From Octopus sinensis (Eukaryota), in assembly GCF_006345805.1 (NCBI RefSeq), contig NC_042998.1, forward strand, positions 15,748,001 to 15,812,000: 64,000 nt of DNA. Direction: 5' to 3'. A program made the position numbers and the translations under genes. The notes beneath the pieces are model-generated. The model was not told where the DNA came from. It worked only from the letters and a program-made list of their open reading frames with translations, and did not search any database. Below are positions 26,602 through 38,342 of this stretch, piece by piece. The stretch's first letter is position 1, and each line of letters begins with the position of its first letter.

Positions 26602-27692
26602 ATCAGTAACATCAGTAGTTCATATGTACTTATTTTAGAGGTTCAAGGTTTATTATAAACAAAATAAAATCATACAGGAATTTGATACGTAGAAACGAGC
26701 AAATCTAGAGAACTGATGGCAGTTATTCCCACATGCTTGAGATAAAACTATGATGAAATTTTAAAAGATAAGATTTTTCGGTCTTTAAGAATGTGCATAT
26801 AGTGTGCAGCAAAAATTGAGATTGAATTATACACAGAAGAGAAAGTGTAATGATTTGGAATTGGTATCAAGTCTAAATATTTTAAATGTCTATAATCTCT
26901 CTTTGTCGAAGTTATTCGACAAAGAGTTAGTGGTAGTTATTTCGTAAATGGCTGAAAGGAAAATGGCAAAGATATCGTCTTCGGTATTTGAACACCAATG
27001 ATGATTGTTGTAATAAAGTAAATATTTCGCAATATGTGAATTAGACTGTGGTTAAGATATTAACAAACCTGCACAGCTGAAACAACAACAAATGAATATA
27101 ATAACCAGAGAATATAATAACCAGAGAGTGTAACCTGAGGTTTAAACCGTTGGCATATTTTTCGAAGACACAACAATATGAAACGCAGAAAAATAAAGAA
27201 AAGCGTCTAAAAAGAAAAGTCTACTACAATTAAAGCTAGCAGAAGAGGCAGGGTGGTAAAAATTCACATTTGAAGTCTTTAAAGCTATAATTGCTATTTT
27301 GAGCATCCAGATGTTCCGTTAGTATTCGTATAATAGTCATACTTACGGGAAAAAAAATATCCATGATATGTGTGAGTGTTTGTGTGTACTGAATGTTATT
27401 TTTTTTTTGTAAATTTGTGGAAGTAAATATAAGACACGTGAACGATGACATGTAACAAGTAACAAGTTCTTCAAGAAGAATTCAATCTAAATTAGGATGT
27501 CAAATCCTTTACTTCCCTAATATTCACTTTGTTGTTCTTATTTTGCTATAATTTAGATAATGCAGTCGAAGGGATACGTCACTTCATTCAAAACGTGGCG
27601 TATTGACCATAGATCTCTTCCGTCTTTCTTTCTGGCATAAATACTGCCAATATAGTTGTGAATAATACTAGCTGATTTACACACACACACAC

Positions 27693-27784
<92 letters not shown>

Positions 27785-28544
27785 CATATATACGTAATTA
27801 GAATATGAAACAAATTGTTTTCCCTTTTACAATTCTTCACGAATACTGGTAACAAATATTGTTCTACAAATTTATTATGGCTATTTTTCCTTTCACAATA
27901 TTAAATAGAATATACACAAATGCGCATACATCCACAAAATTATTGCGGTGTGTCACATTTTGAAAAGAAAAGAGATTTATTGGTACGTGTGAATTTTCTC
28001 CCATAATGCAATTAAACTGTGCTGAATGCGAATAATAAGGACAAAATGCAAACAAAATATCAGTGAAAGAAACCTGCAATGATTTACCTCTCGTTATTTG
28101 TGCATCACTTTGACAGAGGAATAGTTTTGACGTCTCAAATAATTTCCTGTAAGCTAATGTAGTGTCCTTCAAAATGGATGTAAATGATATACTTAAATTG
28201 AGCGCTGGAAGAATTACTACCTCCCACTTGAAACACAAGTCATTTAGCTAAACCATTTTTCCATCATGCTATATCTTGGCTACTACTTGAAAACAGCACA
28301 TGTACGGTTGTTTACTGTGAAACTTGCAACATGACCGGATCAAAGTAACTTCTGCTTTTGATTTTCGAGAATTATATGATTTCACATAGGCCCCCAGCAA
28401 TGATATTCCTTCCATGGATCTTTCCGTAGTCTTCGTCGGGGCTCTATATTAAGCTATACAGAATACAGTCTAGAGGTATTATGGGAATTAATACTGGCTT
28501 TATATTATATATATATATATATATAGATATATATATATATATTT

Positions 28545-28716
28545 ATTTAAAACCAGCAGAAATTCAACAAAACCTGTTACTCTGAGTTTCACGTTCCCAT
28601 TCGTCGGACAGTTTTTGTTAGACTAGAACAGATATGCCAATTCTATCAAGACTAGTATAAACGCTACACCTTTAAAAATGGACTTGTTTGATTGGTCCTT
28701 TCAAATATATATATAT
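28545..28716 (-). mobile_element. Small (TA)n-flanked element carrying a hammerhead-like motif
   Basis: Bounded by (TA)n on both sides; on the minus strand the hammerhead-like motif is followed ~25 nt later by taaataaa and then the TA run. Confidence 0.55.
28574..28611 (-). ncRNA. Minimal type I hammerhead-like ribozyme (U4C variant)
   Basis: Minus strand: ctgt-CCGACGA-atg(ggaa)cgt-GAAA-ctc(a)gag-TA-acag; all three stems pair; triplet GUA; core has C in place of U4. Confidence 0.55.
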
Positions 28717-31129
28717 ATATATATATCGTATGCATGTATGCATTTACGTATGTTAGTATTTAATACTCTATTTAACTAACTAATAACCTGTATATATGTA
28801 TATATACGTGTTCGTATATATATAGAAGCATATAAATATACAAGGTCTAATAAAAACTTATTAGGTCTATTGCTATGGTGACGGGGTTAAATGATGCAGA
28901 GTGTAGACAGTGAACGTCTGAAAAAGGTCAGATTCATCTCCGTAGGGATTCGCTGATTGTGTCATGGGAGAAGGAAAACTTTTAAAAATCTATCTTAAAA
29001 GGTGGTGAATATTGGATTTATGTCTGTGGCCCCGAACCCAAGGCGAAACTAAAATTACACTCGAGGGGAACAAGATTTCAATATGTTGCGGAAAGAGAAA
29101 GCAACGAGGCATCTGCGGGCTATACCCAAAATAGAATTACAGGAACGTTGCATCAATGGAACCAACACTGGAAAATTCGCTGGCTTTGGAAGAGGACAAC
29201 TTCGAAAGAGATCAAATGCCGAATTGATGTTTTGTGTAACTTTTATAGCACTAATCCCGATACATTTTGATGAAGCCTCGTATATCTATACACACATATA
29301 CATTTATACATACATACATAGATACATAGATACATACACACATACATGCATGCATACATGCATGCATACATTCTTACATACATAAGTACATATATTTATA
29401 CATACATATATACATACATACATGTGTACATAAATACGTATAAACATACATACATACACAGATAAATAAATATATATTTTTTGTGTGTGCGTGTTTGCAC
29501 GTGATTCGCTTTATGTTTTCTATCCAAGAATGTCTATCTTTATATGTATTTTAGAATTAAATATAAATGTACGTCAATGTCATTGTTATCGCTTGTCTCA
29601 CCTCAGAAGAAATATGAGAGAAAATTGTAGTGAATAATGTTTCATAATTTATCAATGGTGATCATAATATAAATTTATTAATCAATGTCTCGTTCTTAAC
29701 GACTTATAGATGCATTCAAAAATACACACACACACGCACACACAAACACACACACACACACAAACACACACACAAACACACAAACACACACATACACTCA
29801 CATGGACGCACGCACACATACACACACACATGTTCATTCTTTTGAGTAAGATTAATATTTTAATGACCGAGGAAAAACGGTCTTAATTTCTGCCATCATA
29901 TTTGCTGCAAAATTTATTTTAGTTACTGTTGCGCAGTTTCTTTTCAACAAAACGGAAGATGATAGTTGATATATTTTATCATCATTTGCGAAGTTTAGGG
30001 TCTGATTCCTTGGATACTTTTTGATTATTGTACTAACTTAACACTGTCTTTGACGCTTATATTCCGTTCTACAATACATTTAGATATTTTAAACGCTATC
30101 GGATATTTTTACTGCAGGTTCAGTTTAACTCAATTCACTCATACCTCAAAAAATCTGTGTCAACAAATACGTAAATAGAAAACTCAGTTACCGCCGAATG
30201 TTTATGGATACTAACATGAAAATATGAGACTGTAAAGGAATTTTTGTCGATCTTCAAAATATTAAAGTTGTATCAGATTATGATTCAAATAATACGATTT
30301 TGAAATTCAAAACTAGAAAATAGATAGAAAATACACGTTCAACAAAAGAGAGTCAGTAACGCTTAAACCCGAAAGATACAACTAAAAATATTAATTGCAA
30401 CACTTAAAAAAAATTTACTAGCGTTTGCCAGATGCTTCAAAACATCACTTCTCTAATTTATTAGATTTCTACACGGCTGATATAGAGTTCCAGCAACATA
30501 AAGCTTAAAAAACATTTGAGCGTATGTCAATCACTTCGTAATTTAAAAATCCGAGTCTTCGTTTTATGCTGTTAGTATTTGACCATATAAAATACTGCCT
30601 ATTAGAATTCGATTTCCTGATTTGTAGTTGGCATATAAGAAATTAAGAATAATATAATAAAATATTCCATTTCGTCAAATTTTCTTTTAGCTTCTGGCGA
30701 TTGTATTTGGTGATTTAGACACCAATTTGTGTTAAATTGTTCGCTGTTACGAGTGTTTACCATGATTATACACTTGTTTTATGAGAAGCGATGTTTATCC
30801 GCATTTAGTGCGTTTCAAAACTGTCAATTAATTATAATGATATCTGAACGAGAACTCACTGCAACTCCAAGTGTTAAAAAGGGTTTAAAAAATAGGGAAA
30901 TTACAGTGTTGGAACGAAAATAGCTCAAATTAGTAAGCATGAAATTCGTGTTATTAAAGCTACAACAGGGCGAGATCATGTTATAGGTAAAATGATGTTG
31001 AATAACATTTTCAAATACGAAACATTTTAAAGAAAACACAGAAAATGTTATTCTGTTATTGAAATTCTATTTAAAATTGAACAGATGTATTGAGATTGAA
31101 GATACTTTGGCCCTATGGTCAAAGATATA

Positions 31130-31522
31130 AATCATATGGCAGACACCCATAAAATTATTAACCATCTTACAAACAATAACTTTGAGCACCTTTTCAAACT
31201 CCGTGGACATGTTTACAAAGAAAGCACAGCTCCCATGACTTTCGGAAACATTTTTTCACGCTAAGAGTTGCTGAAACATGGAACAGACTGCCGGCATCAG
31301 TTGTTAGTTGTCGCAGCACTGCATCCTTCAAAACTTCCATGCTTCCTGACATTCGCCAACACTACACCTGATTTTCTTCCCTCCATATACACACAAGCGT
31401 GTATCTGACTCATACACTGTTCGCTTTCCAGATATTTGTACATTACTGCATATGCTTTATACGCACTTTTTGACAAGTTGTGATGCACCTGAGCACTGTA
31501 TACAATAATTTCATTATATTAT
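31130..31522 (+). mobile_element. CR1/L2-group LINE 3' end
   Basis: Translation HDFRKHFFTLRVAETWNRLPASVVSCRSTASFKTSML* (R.FF..RV...WN.LP..VV...S...FK motif), followed by a 3' UTR and an ATT-like tail. Confidence 0.8.
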
Positions 31523-32793
31523 AAGTGTATTTCTATAAAAAAAACTTTCTATATACTCAAAAAGATTAAGACATCTAGAAAATGTTCTAGAAACCTTAAG
31601 TTAGGAACTGTTTTTAATCCAAAACTTCTACTAGAGTATCAATTCAATTGCGTAAATATATGTCTAACGTTTCTATCAGAATATTCCATAACAACATTAG
31701 TAATTCATGAAGAAATACCTGTAATACTCATGTACAAAGAGTTTCCTTATTTCACATATATTTACAGGTACACCACACGTACGCTTGGATATACACACAT
31801 ATACACATCAATAAAACAAAATAACCTAGTCTTACAATGTGTGTGTATGTGTGTTCTACAACCACATATTTCGATATGTATGTATACAAACACATACTTA
31901 TTCGCGCACACACAAACACATGCGCATACATATGTTTATACTTGTAATATCCAAATATAATTTTCTCTGTTAAAGGGCATTTCTCTTTACCGTGATATAC
32001 TCAAATTTATATATCAGAAAAGAAACACGGAAAATATACTTACTACGAAAGAAGGAAGAAATAAACATAATTTGAGGAAAGTGTACACAACATTTTCATT
32101 TTTCTTCCTTTCGTGCTGTTTCATTATGAAATTTCTACGACTTAACCAATCATTGAAGAAGAAACACGATTAACCAATATCTTATTGGTACGTATAACGC
32201 AAATTGTAAATTATAACATACGTACAATTTTACAAACCTACATCTATATATACATAAATACATGCATACATACGTGCACACTTGCACACACACACACACG
32301 CACACTCATACACAGACACACAGACACACATACATCGATAGTTCTATGGAGATAGACTGGGGCTTAAAGTTACAGAAACTCACGCATTGGGTTAAATTTT
32401 ATATCACGTGAGTATTTAAAAGTATATATATATTTAAAATTTATAAGTTTAATTTATAAGTTTAATTCATTAATTTAAATAAATTTAAAAATTTTAACTT
32501 TAATTTAAATATTTTAATTGGATTTTTATATTTTATATTTTATATTTTTTATATTTTTTAATTAATTTTATTTCTATGTATTGGCTTATGTTTTTCACTG
32601 TTTGATTTACCTAATTGTGGTTTTATCTCTAATTTTATATAATCCTTTTTCCTATATACAATATATATACTGAACTTTACAGAAGTTCCTGCCGGTAATC
32701 GGCTATATTTACATACCGAATTCTACCAGTAAATAATTGTGTTTTTTTAAAAACCTTTATAGAAATTATTTACTCTTATTATTATATTACTAT

Positions 32794-32843
<50 letters not shown>

Positions 32844-33416
32844 TGTGTGTGTGACTGGGGGGGGTATGTATATATCTCTATGTATATAGTTGGTGTAAGT
32901 ATAAATATGTGTGCGTTTATGCAGATATACGTATGTATATATATTTACATTCAGATGTAAACGTTGTTCTGCATGTATTTATGTATGTATGAATGAATGC
33001 GTGGTCGATCTTGTCATTTGTGCTGCATTTGTAAGAATGTGGTGAACGAATACCCTCAGTTTATTAGAGGCAGTCGTAAATATTCACCTGCGCAGTTCTA
33101 ATTCATAAATCCTATTATATGTGAATATCTCAAAGGCAAACACATTAAATGTGAATTGAATCGAGTATTTGATATTTTGATTTCTCATTTCCTGACATTA
33201 GACTATATATTGGTACAATGGAAATACTAAACACGTATTATTTTCCGACCCTCCAGTATGTTATTCAACGCATCTAGGTCTATTAATATTTATAGCAACA
33301 CCTGCTCAACGTGTGTAGATGTACATGCTATAACAATACGATACCGTATATGTGTGTGTGTGTATTTAATTACATATATCACATGTATGCATACATACAT
33401 ATATATATATATATGC

Positions 33417-33477
<61 letters not shown>

Positions 33478-33698
33478 TAATCAATATAGGGTGGCAAAAA
33501 AATTTTGTAGAATTCTTTTGCCACCAGCGGCCTAGTGGGAAAAAATTAAATAGTCATAGACCATTTTTAAGTTCAACATCACAATCAAGGAACGGCCATA
33601 ATAGGCCATTACCCACTAGAAATAACAGCCAAAAGCTTTAACCGCAAAATAACATCAATTCCGTAAACCAGGAGAAAATAAAAAACATTTACCCTATA

Positions 33699-33805
33699 AT
33701 TTCTTATACGATGCACCGTTTCGTCTACTGTTTAATGGTAAACTAACCTGATTAAATTAAATCAAGCCAATCTACCATAGGCCCTTAGATTCATCAGTAA
33801 GAAAT
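33699..33805 (-). ncRNA. Type I hammerhead ribozyme, left-arm copy
   Basis: Reverse complement of 34498-34604 with one substitution in the stem II insert; TCATCAG at 33791-33797. Confidence 0.75.
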
Positions 33806-34497
33806 AGCCAAATCGGAACAGATATTTTTCAGGAGGCATTCCCGTCCCTGCATCGGCAATATCTGACCTAAAATTTTCAAATCATCGCACTCGCGCCAAA
33901 TTTATCGGCAGCAAATAAATATAAGCCGCCGATTCCATTACGGAATTAACCAGAAAATTCATAATTAATCAATATAGGGTGGCAAAAAAATTTTGTAGAA
34001 TTTTTTTGCCACCAGCGGCCTAGTGGGAAAAAATTAAATAGTCATAGACCATTTTTAAGTTCAACATCACAATCAAGGAACTTTAACCGCAAAATAACAT
34101 CAATTCCGTAAACCAGGAGAAAATTAAAAAACATTTACCCTCCTGGTTTACGGAATTGATGTTATTTTGCGGTTAAAGCTTTTGGCTGTTATTTCTAGTG
34201 GGTGAATGGCCTATTATGGCCGTTCCTTGATTGTGATGTTGAACTTAAAAATGGTCTATGACTATTTAATTTTTTCCCACTAGGCCGCTGGTGGCAAAAA
34301 AATTCTACAAAATTTTTTTGCCACCCTGTATTGATTAATTATGAATTTTCTGGTTAATTCCGTAATGGAATCGGCGGCTTATATTTATTTGCTGCCGATA
34401 AATTTGGCGCGAGTGCGATGATTTGAAAATTTTAGGTCAGATATTGCCGAGGCAGGGACGGGAATGCCTCCTGAAAAATATCTGTTCCGATTTGGCT

Positions 34498-34604
34498 ATT
34501 TCTTACTGATGAATCTAAGGGCCTATAGTAGATTGGCTTGATTTAATTTAATCAGGTTAGTTTACCATTAAACAGTAGACGAAACGGTGCATCGTATAAG
34601 AAAT
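34498..34604 (+). ncRNA. Type I hammerhead ribozyme, right-arm copy
   Basis: Stem I atttctta/taagaaat (8 bp); CTGATGA 34506-34512; stem II tcta/taga enclosing a branched insert; GAAA 34581-34584; stem III acgg(tgca)tcgt; triplet GUA with predicted cut 34596/34597. The 10.1-11.1 pair is A.C rather than G-C. Confidence 0.75.
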
Positions 34605-34722
34605 TACAGGGTAAATGTTTTTTAATTTTCTCCTGGTTTACGGAATTGATGTTATTTTGCGGTTAAAGCTTTTGGCTGTTATTTCTAGTGGGTGAATGGC
34701 CTATTATGGCCGTTCCTTGATT

Positions 34723-34775
<53 letters not shown>

Positions 34776-35088
34776 GTATGTGTGGGTGTATATATATGTG
34801 TGTATGTGTATATATGTGTATATAGGGACTAGTGTGCTGTGTGTGCATATGTGTGTGTATGGATTTGTGTGTGTATGCGTGTATGTGAGTATGTGTGTGT
34901 ATGTGTATATATATATTTTTCTGTGTGTATATGTATGTGTGGTCGTGTGTGTATATATACATGTGTGTATACGTGTATGCAAGTGAGTGTATGTGTAGAT
35001 ATGTATATGTATGTGTGAGTGTATATATGTGTGTATGTGTAGAGGTATAAGTGAGAATCTCCTTATTTACCTAAAACTCTATTCCCCC

Positions 35089-35134
<46 letters not shown>

Positions 35135-35214
35135 TTTTTTTTATTTTTTTTTTTTTTTATTTTTATTTTTATTTTTATTTTTTATATTTTTATTTTTATT
35201 TTTTTTTTTTTTTT

Positions 35215-35251
<37 letters not shown>

Positions 35252-35399
35252 ATTTATTCTCCTATCTAATTTAACACTGACTCCTTGACCACTCCCCCAA
35301 GTATGATTTTTTGCGCTATGCCTACCCCCAAAAAGTCCCCCACCAACACCCCTTTAAACCTGCCTAAATGTATAAATGCCAATACAATTCTTGTTAACT

Positions 35400-35450
35400 A
35401 GCTTCCTGAAGATTTCTCTTGAATGAAACAGTTCTAGTCCTGTAGAAGCT
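35400..35450 (+). ncRNA. Compact type I hammerhead ribozyme in a Penelope-LTR-like relic
   Basis: agcttc-CTGAAGA-tttc(tctt)gaat-GAAA-cag(ttctagtc)ctg-TA-gaagct: 6-bp stem I, intact core, 4-bp stem III, GUA triplet; AATAAA ~10 nt downstream, then (TA)n at ~35540. Confidence 0.7.
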
Positions 35451-35533
35451 CCTTCTATATAATAAATTAATTTTACTCTGCTATGTATTGAGTACCTTAT
35501 TTACTGTGGTTAACCCCGGATCAACCCGGGACC

Positions 35534-35567
<34 letters not shown>

Positions 35568-35857
35568 GTGAAATAGAAAGATGAATAATCTTGTAGTAGA
35601 TTAATCAAAAGTTTAACCGATACCTTAGTAGCAAAAGTCACAGCAGTAAACAGCACGGTTGGAGGTACAACAATATGGTGTTGCAACCGTGCGTTGGTGC
35701 GGCTAATTGATATTAAAACATTATTGGTGAATTGAAGAAATGGAGCTGAACGCAGATTGAACAGAAATCGTTTTATTTCATTCTACACGTGTTTCGAAAG
35801 GCACAAATTACCACAATCCGATTGAATAATGGGACCATATTGTGTCTTTCTCTTCAG

Positions 35858-35961
35858 GAAGAAAATAGGAAATCCGTTGGAAAAACAAAAACAGAACAGA
35901 GGCGGAGCAAAAACAAATCGAACTATGCTCCTAAGAGCCCATGGCGAAACTGTTTATCAAT
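35858..35961 (+). CDS. Candidate small spliced exon (coding or UTR/lncRNA)
   Basis: Acceptor tgtgtctttctcttcag| and donor at|gtatgt; two of three frames open; no recognisable domain. Confidence 0.2.
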
Positions 35962-36581
35962 GTATGTTGAGCCACAGGTTCTCAATATACATTCCTATCC
36001 TTTGACTTTGAAATTTGCTGTTTTAACTTAGAAGAAATCTGTTGGTTAGTAATGCAATCGACGGCTTGTTCAGTGTTGTCATTCATACTTAGGTGGGGGC
36101 TGCTGAAACAAACCTGTCGTTGTACAACGTTCCATCTAAATACATTCTTTTTTTTCTTTGCTGTTGTTTTTTTTTTAGGGTGATGCAAAATACTTTCTCT
36201 AATTCAATCATTTGAGAAATGTGTGTCGGGAATCTACGCAGAGAGGCTTTGATATACCGCGTGAAATTTATACGGATTACAAAACTGGTACGCACGTTTA
36301 AAGAATGTCATATTCTGAGGGTGGCTTTTTTGTATTCTTTGTATGACGTTTTTGAGACGTTCATTGTCTGAGATGCTAAATTCTCCATCTCGCTTATTCC
36401 ACGTTTTTCTCTTCTCTTTCACGTTACTATGCACACTCTACTCTTTGCTATATAATCCATCTGAATCATCTCTTCCATGAATTTCTCGCACGCACTAAAC
36501 TACGCAAGCTCCACTCACTTCTCCATTCCATCACACCAGCTGGTTTTTTATACACCTACTTTATGTAAATTTCATCTACAA

Positions 36582-36612
<31 letters not shown>

Positions 36613-36645
36613 CACACCTATATATATATATATATATATATATAT

Positions 36646-37031
36646 GAGCACTCCCTCGGGTACGACTACCAGGGTGTCAGATGATACGATCAACGGAGCA
36701 GCTTGCTCGGGAAATTAACGTGCAAGTGGCTGAGCACACCATATATGCGTGTACCTCTAACGTAGATCTCAAGGAGTTTCAGCGTGATACAGAGTGTGAC
36801 AAGGCTGAGCACTCCACATACTCGTGTACCCTTAACTTAGGTCTCAGGGATATACAGCGTGACACAGGTAGGCCCTTTGAAATACAGGTACTACTCACGT
36901 TTGCCAGCTGAGTGGTCTGGATCAACGTGAAATAAAGTATCTTGCGCAAGGATACAACGCGTCGCCGGAAATTGAACTCACGACCTTAGAATCGTGAGTT
37001 GAATGTCCTAACCACTAAGCCACGCACCTTC
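36646..37031 (-). mobile_element. tRNA-derived SINE, family C, with an internal 75-bp tandem duplication
   Basis: Minus-strand head gaaggtgcgtggcttagtggttaggacattcaactcacgattctaaggtcgtgagttcaatttcc; duplicated unit starts at 36728 and 36803. Confidence 0.85.
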
Positions 37032-37957
37032 ACACACGCACAGACACACACGCATATATATGAAGTCATACATACATACATACATGCATACATACATACA
37101 CGAAACCATACATACAGGCTGACATAGCTTCTACTTGTCATTCCTCATTTCTAACGGAACAGATCTCTTACGAGCTCACGACAATATTTTAGCAATTAAA
37201 GTTTATTGTCAGAAACGAATTTAATTAGCAATATTTTCTTGCCACTAATAAGATTGATAGCATTACTGAATTTACACAATATTATTAGTTTTTCTTTTAT
37301 AGATATTTTCTCACTATTTGTTTAATTCCTACATTTTGTTTCATATTAGAGAGTGTCAATCCCTTTTGTTATATTTCTAAATGCTAATAATTCTCTAACA
37401 TCAGAAAAATAGTAGAAAATATAATAATTGGATATGATGTGTGCGTGAGTATATGTATGCCTGTGTGTATACTTGAGTTTATATGGGCCTGTGTCTATGC
37501 TTGAGTGTATGTGTTGCAACAAGTAACGGCCATTAATGTATTCAAGGTTATCAAATTTACAAACATCAGCTGCTATTATTGGCTTGTTTCAATATACAAT
37601 GCAGCAATAATTTATTCAACCTTAATATAATAGGACACAACCTAGATAACGTCTACTTTGGTGCAGCTTTTCCCACTAATTTCTCATTTCATGATTTATT
37701 GTGTTGTCATTAGACTACTAATACATATTGGAGGATTGCTGGCCGCAATTTTTCGGTACTTGCCTTCTAAGTTCAAATCACACCTTGGCCTATGTGGGAA
37801 GTACACTGAACCGTTGACCGTTTTGATACTAGCAGCTGGTACTAAAAGCACCTGGTAACGATGTACATCTTCAGTGGAATCCACTCTTTTGTAGTCATTA
37901 GGTGCCAGAGGAAAATTCATATCATCAGTCATAGATAGTTTTTAGTGAGTCAATCTA

Positions 37958-38342
37958 GAAGCTACTTTTTGCTTTGAAATTGCCGTGATTCGAAGTTACG
38001 TTCATATATACGTCTGACAAATAATTTAAAGATATTCCGACTGTAATTTTCTAGTATTTTTGAATTATGTCTTTAGAGCTATATTTTTGACCTTACCTTC
38101 CATATTCGCTGTGATCAAAAAAAGTAAGTGTTTGTGCTTACGATTATTGGTATTAATGCATGAAATTTTGTGTCAGTTTATTATTGTGGTTTAGCCTACA
38201 CCAGGCATTCCTATGAGTAGCGACGCTCTAAAGTCGACAGTAGAATAGCGGTATCACCTTGAAGCTACTTTTTGCTTTGAAATTGATGTGATTGGAAGTT
38301 ACGTTCATATTTACCTCTGACAAATAATTTAAAGATATTCCG
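37958..38342. repeat. 82-bp direct repeat pair (37958-38039 and 38261-38342)
   Basis: gaagctactttttgctttgaaattg...ataatttaaagatattccg; 5 substitutions; starts 303 bp apart. Confidence 0.9.

Larger units (their letters stand above)
33476..34727. mobile_element. Fold-back insertion of a ~490-nt hammerhead-containing non-coding monomer (retrozyme-like)
   Basis: Left arm 33476-34140 is ~1.36 head-to-tail units (period 488); right arm 34141-34727 is ~1.2 units inverted (period 490); (TA)n on both sides; no ORF; one hammerhead fold per arm. Confidence 0.85.

Noticed and set aside
33490-33537. Hairpin followed by CTAGT, resembling a Helitron 3' end
   Set aside because: The repeat unit continues through CTAG without a boundary in all three copies, and neither end of the insertion coincides with it.
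33476-33963. Second ribozyme on the opposite polarity of the monomer (viroid-like ambisense design)
   Set aside because: No CTGANGA/GAAA pair or clear HDV-like fold found by eye on that strand; other ribozyme classes were not excluded without a covariance search.
33476-34727. Possibility that the palindrome is a sequencing fold-back artefact or a mitochondrial insert
   Set aside because: The arms are unequal, differ by substitutions and a 43-nt deletion, and the flanks are not mirrored. I recognised no mitochondrial gene or tRNA. Read-level confirmation is still advisable.
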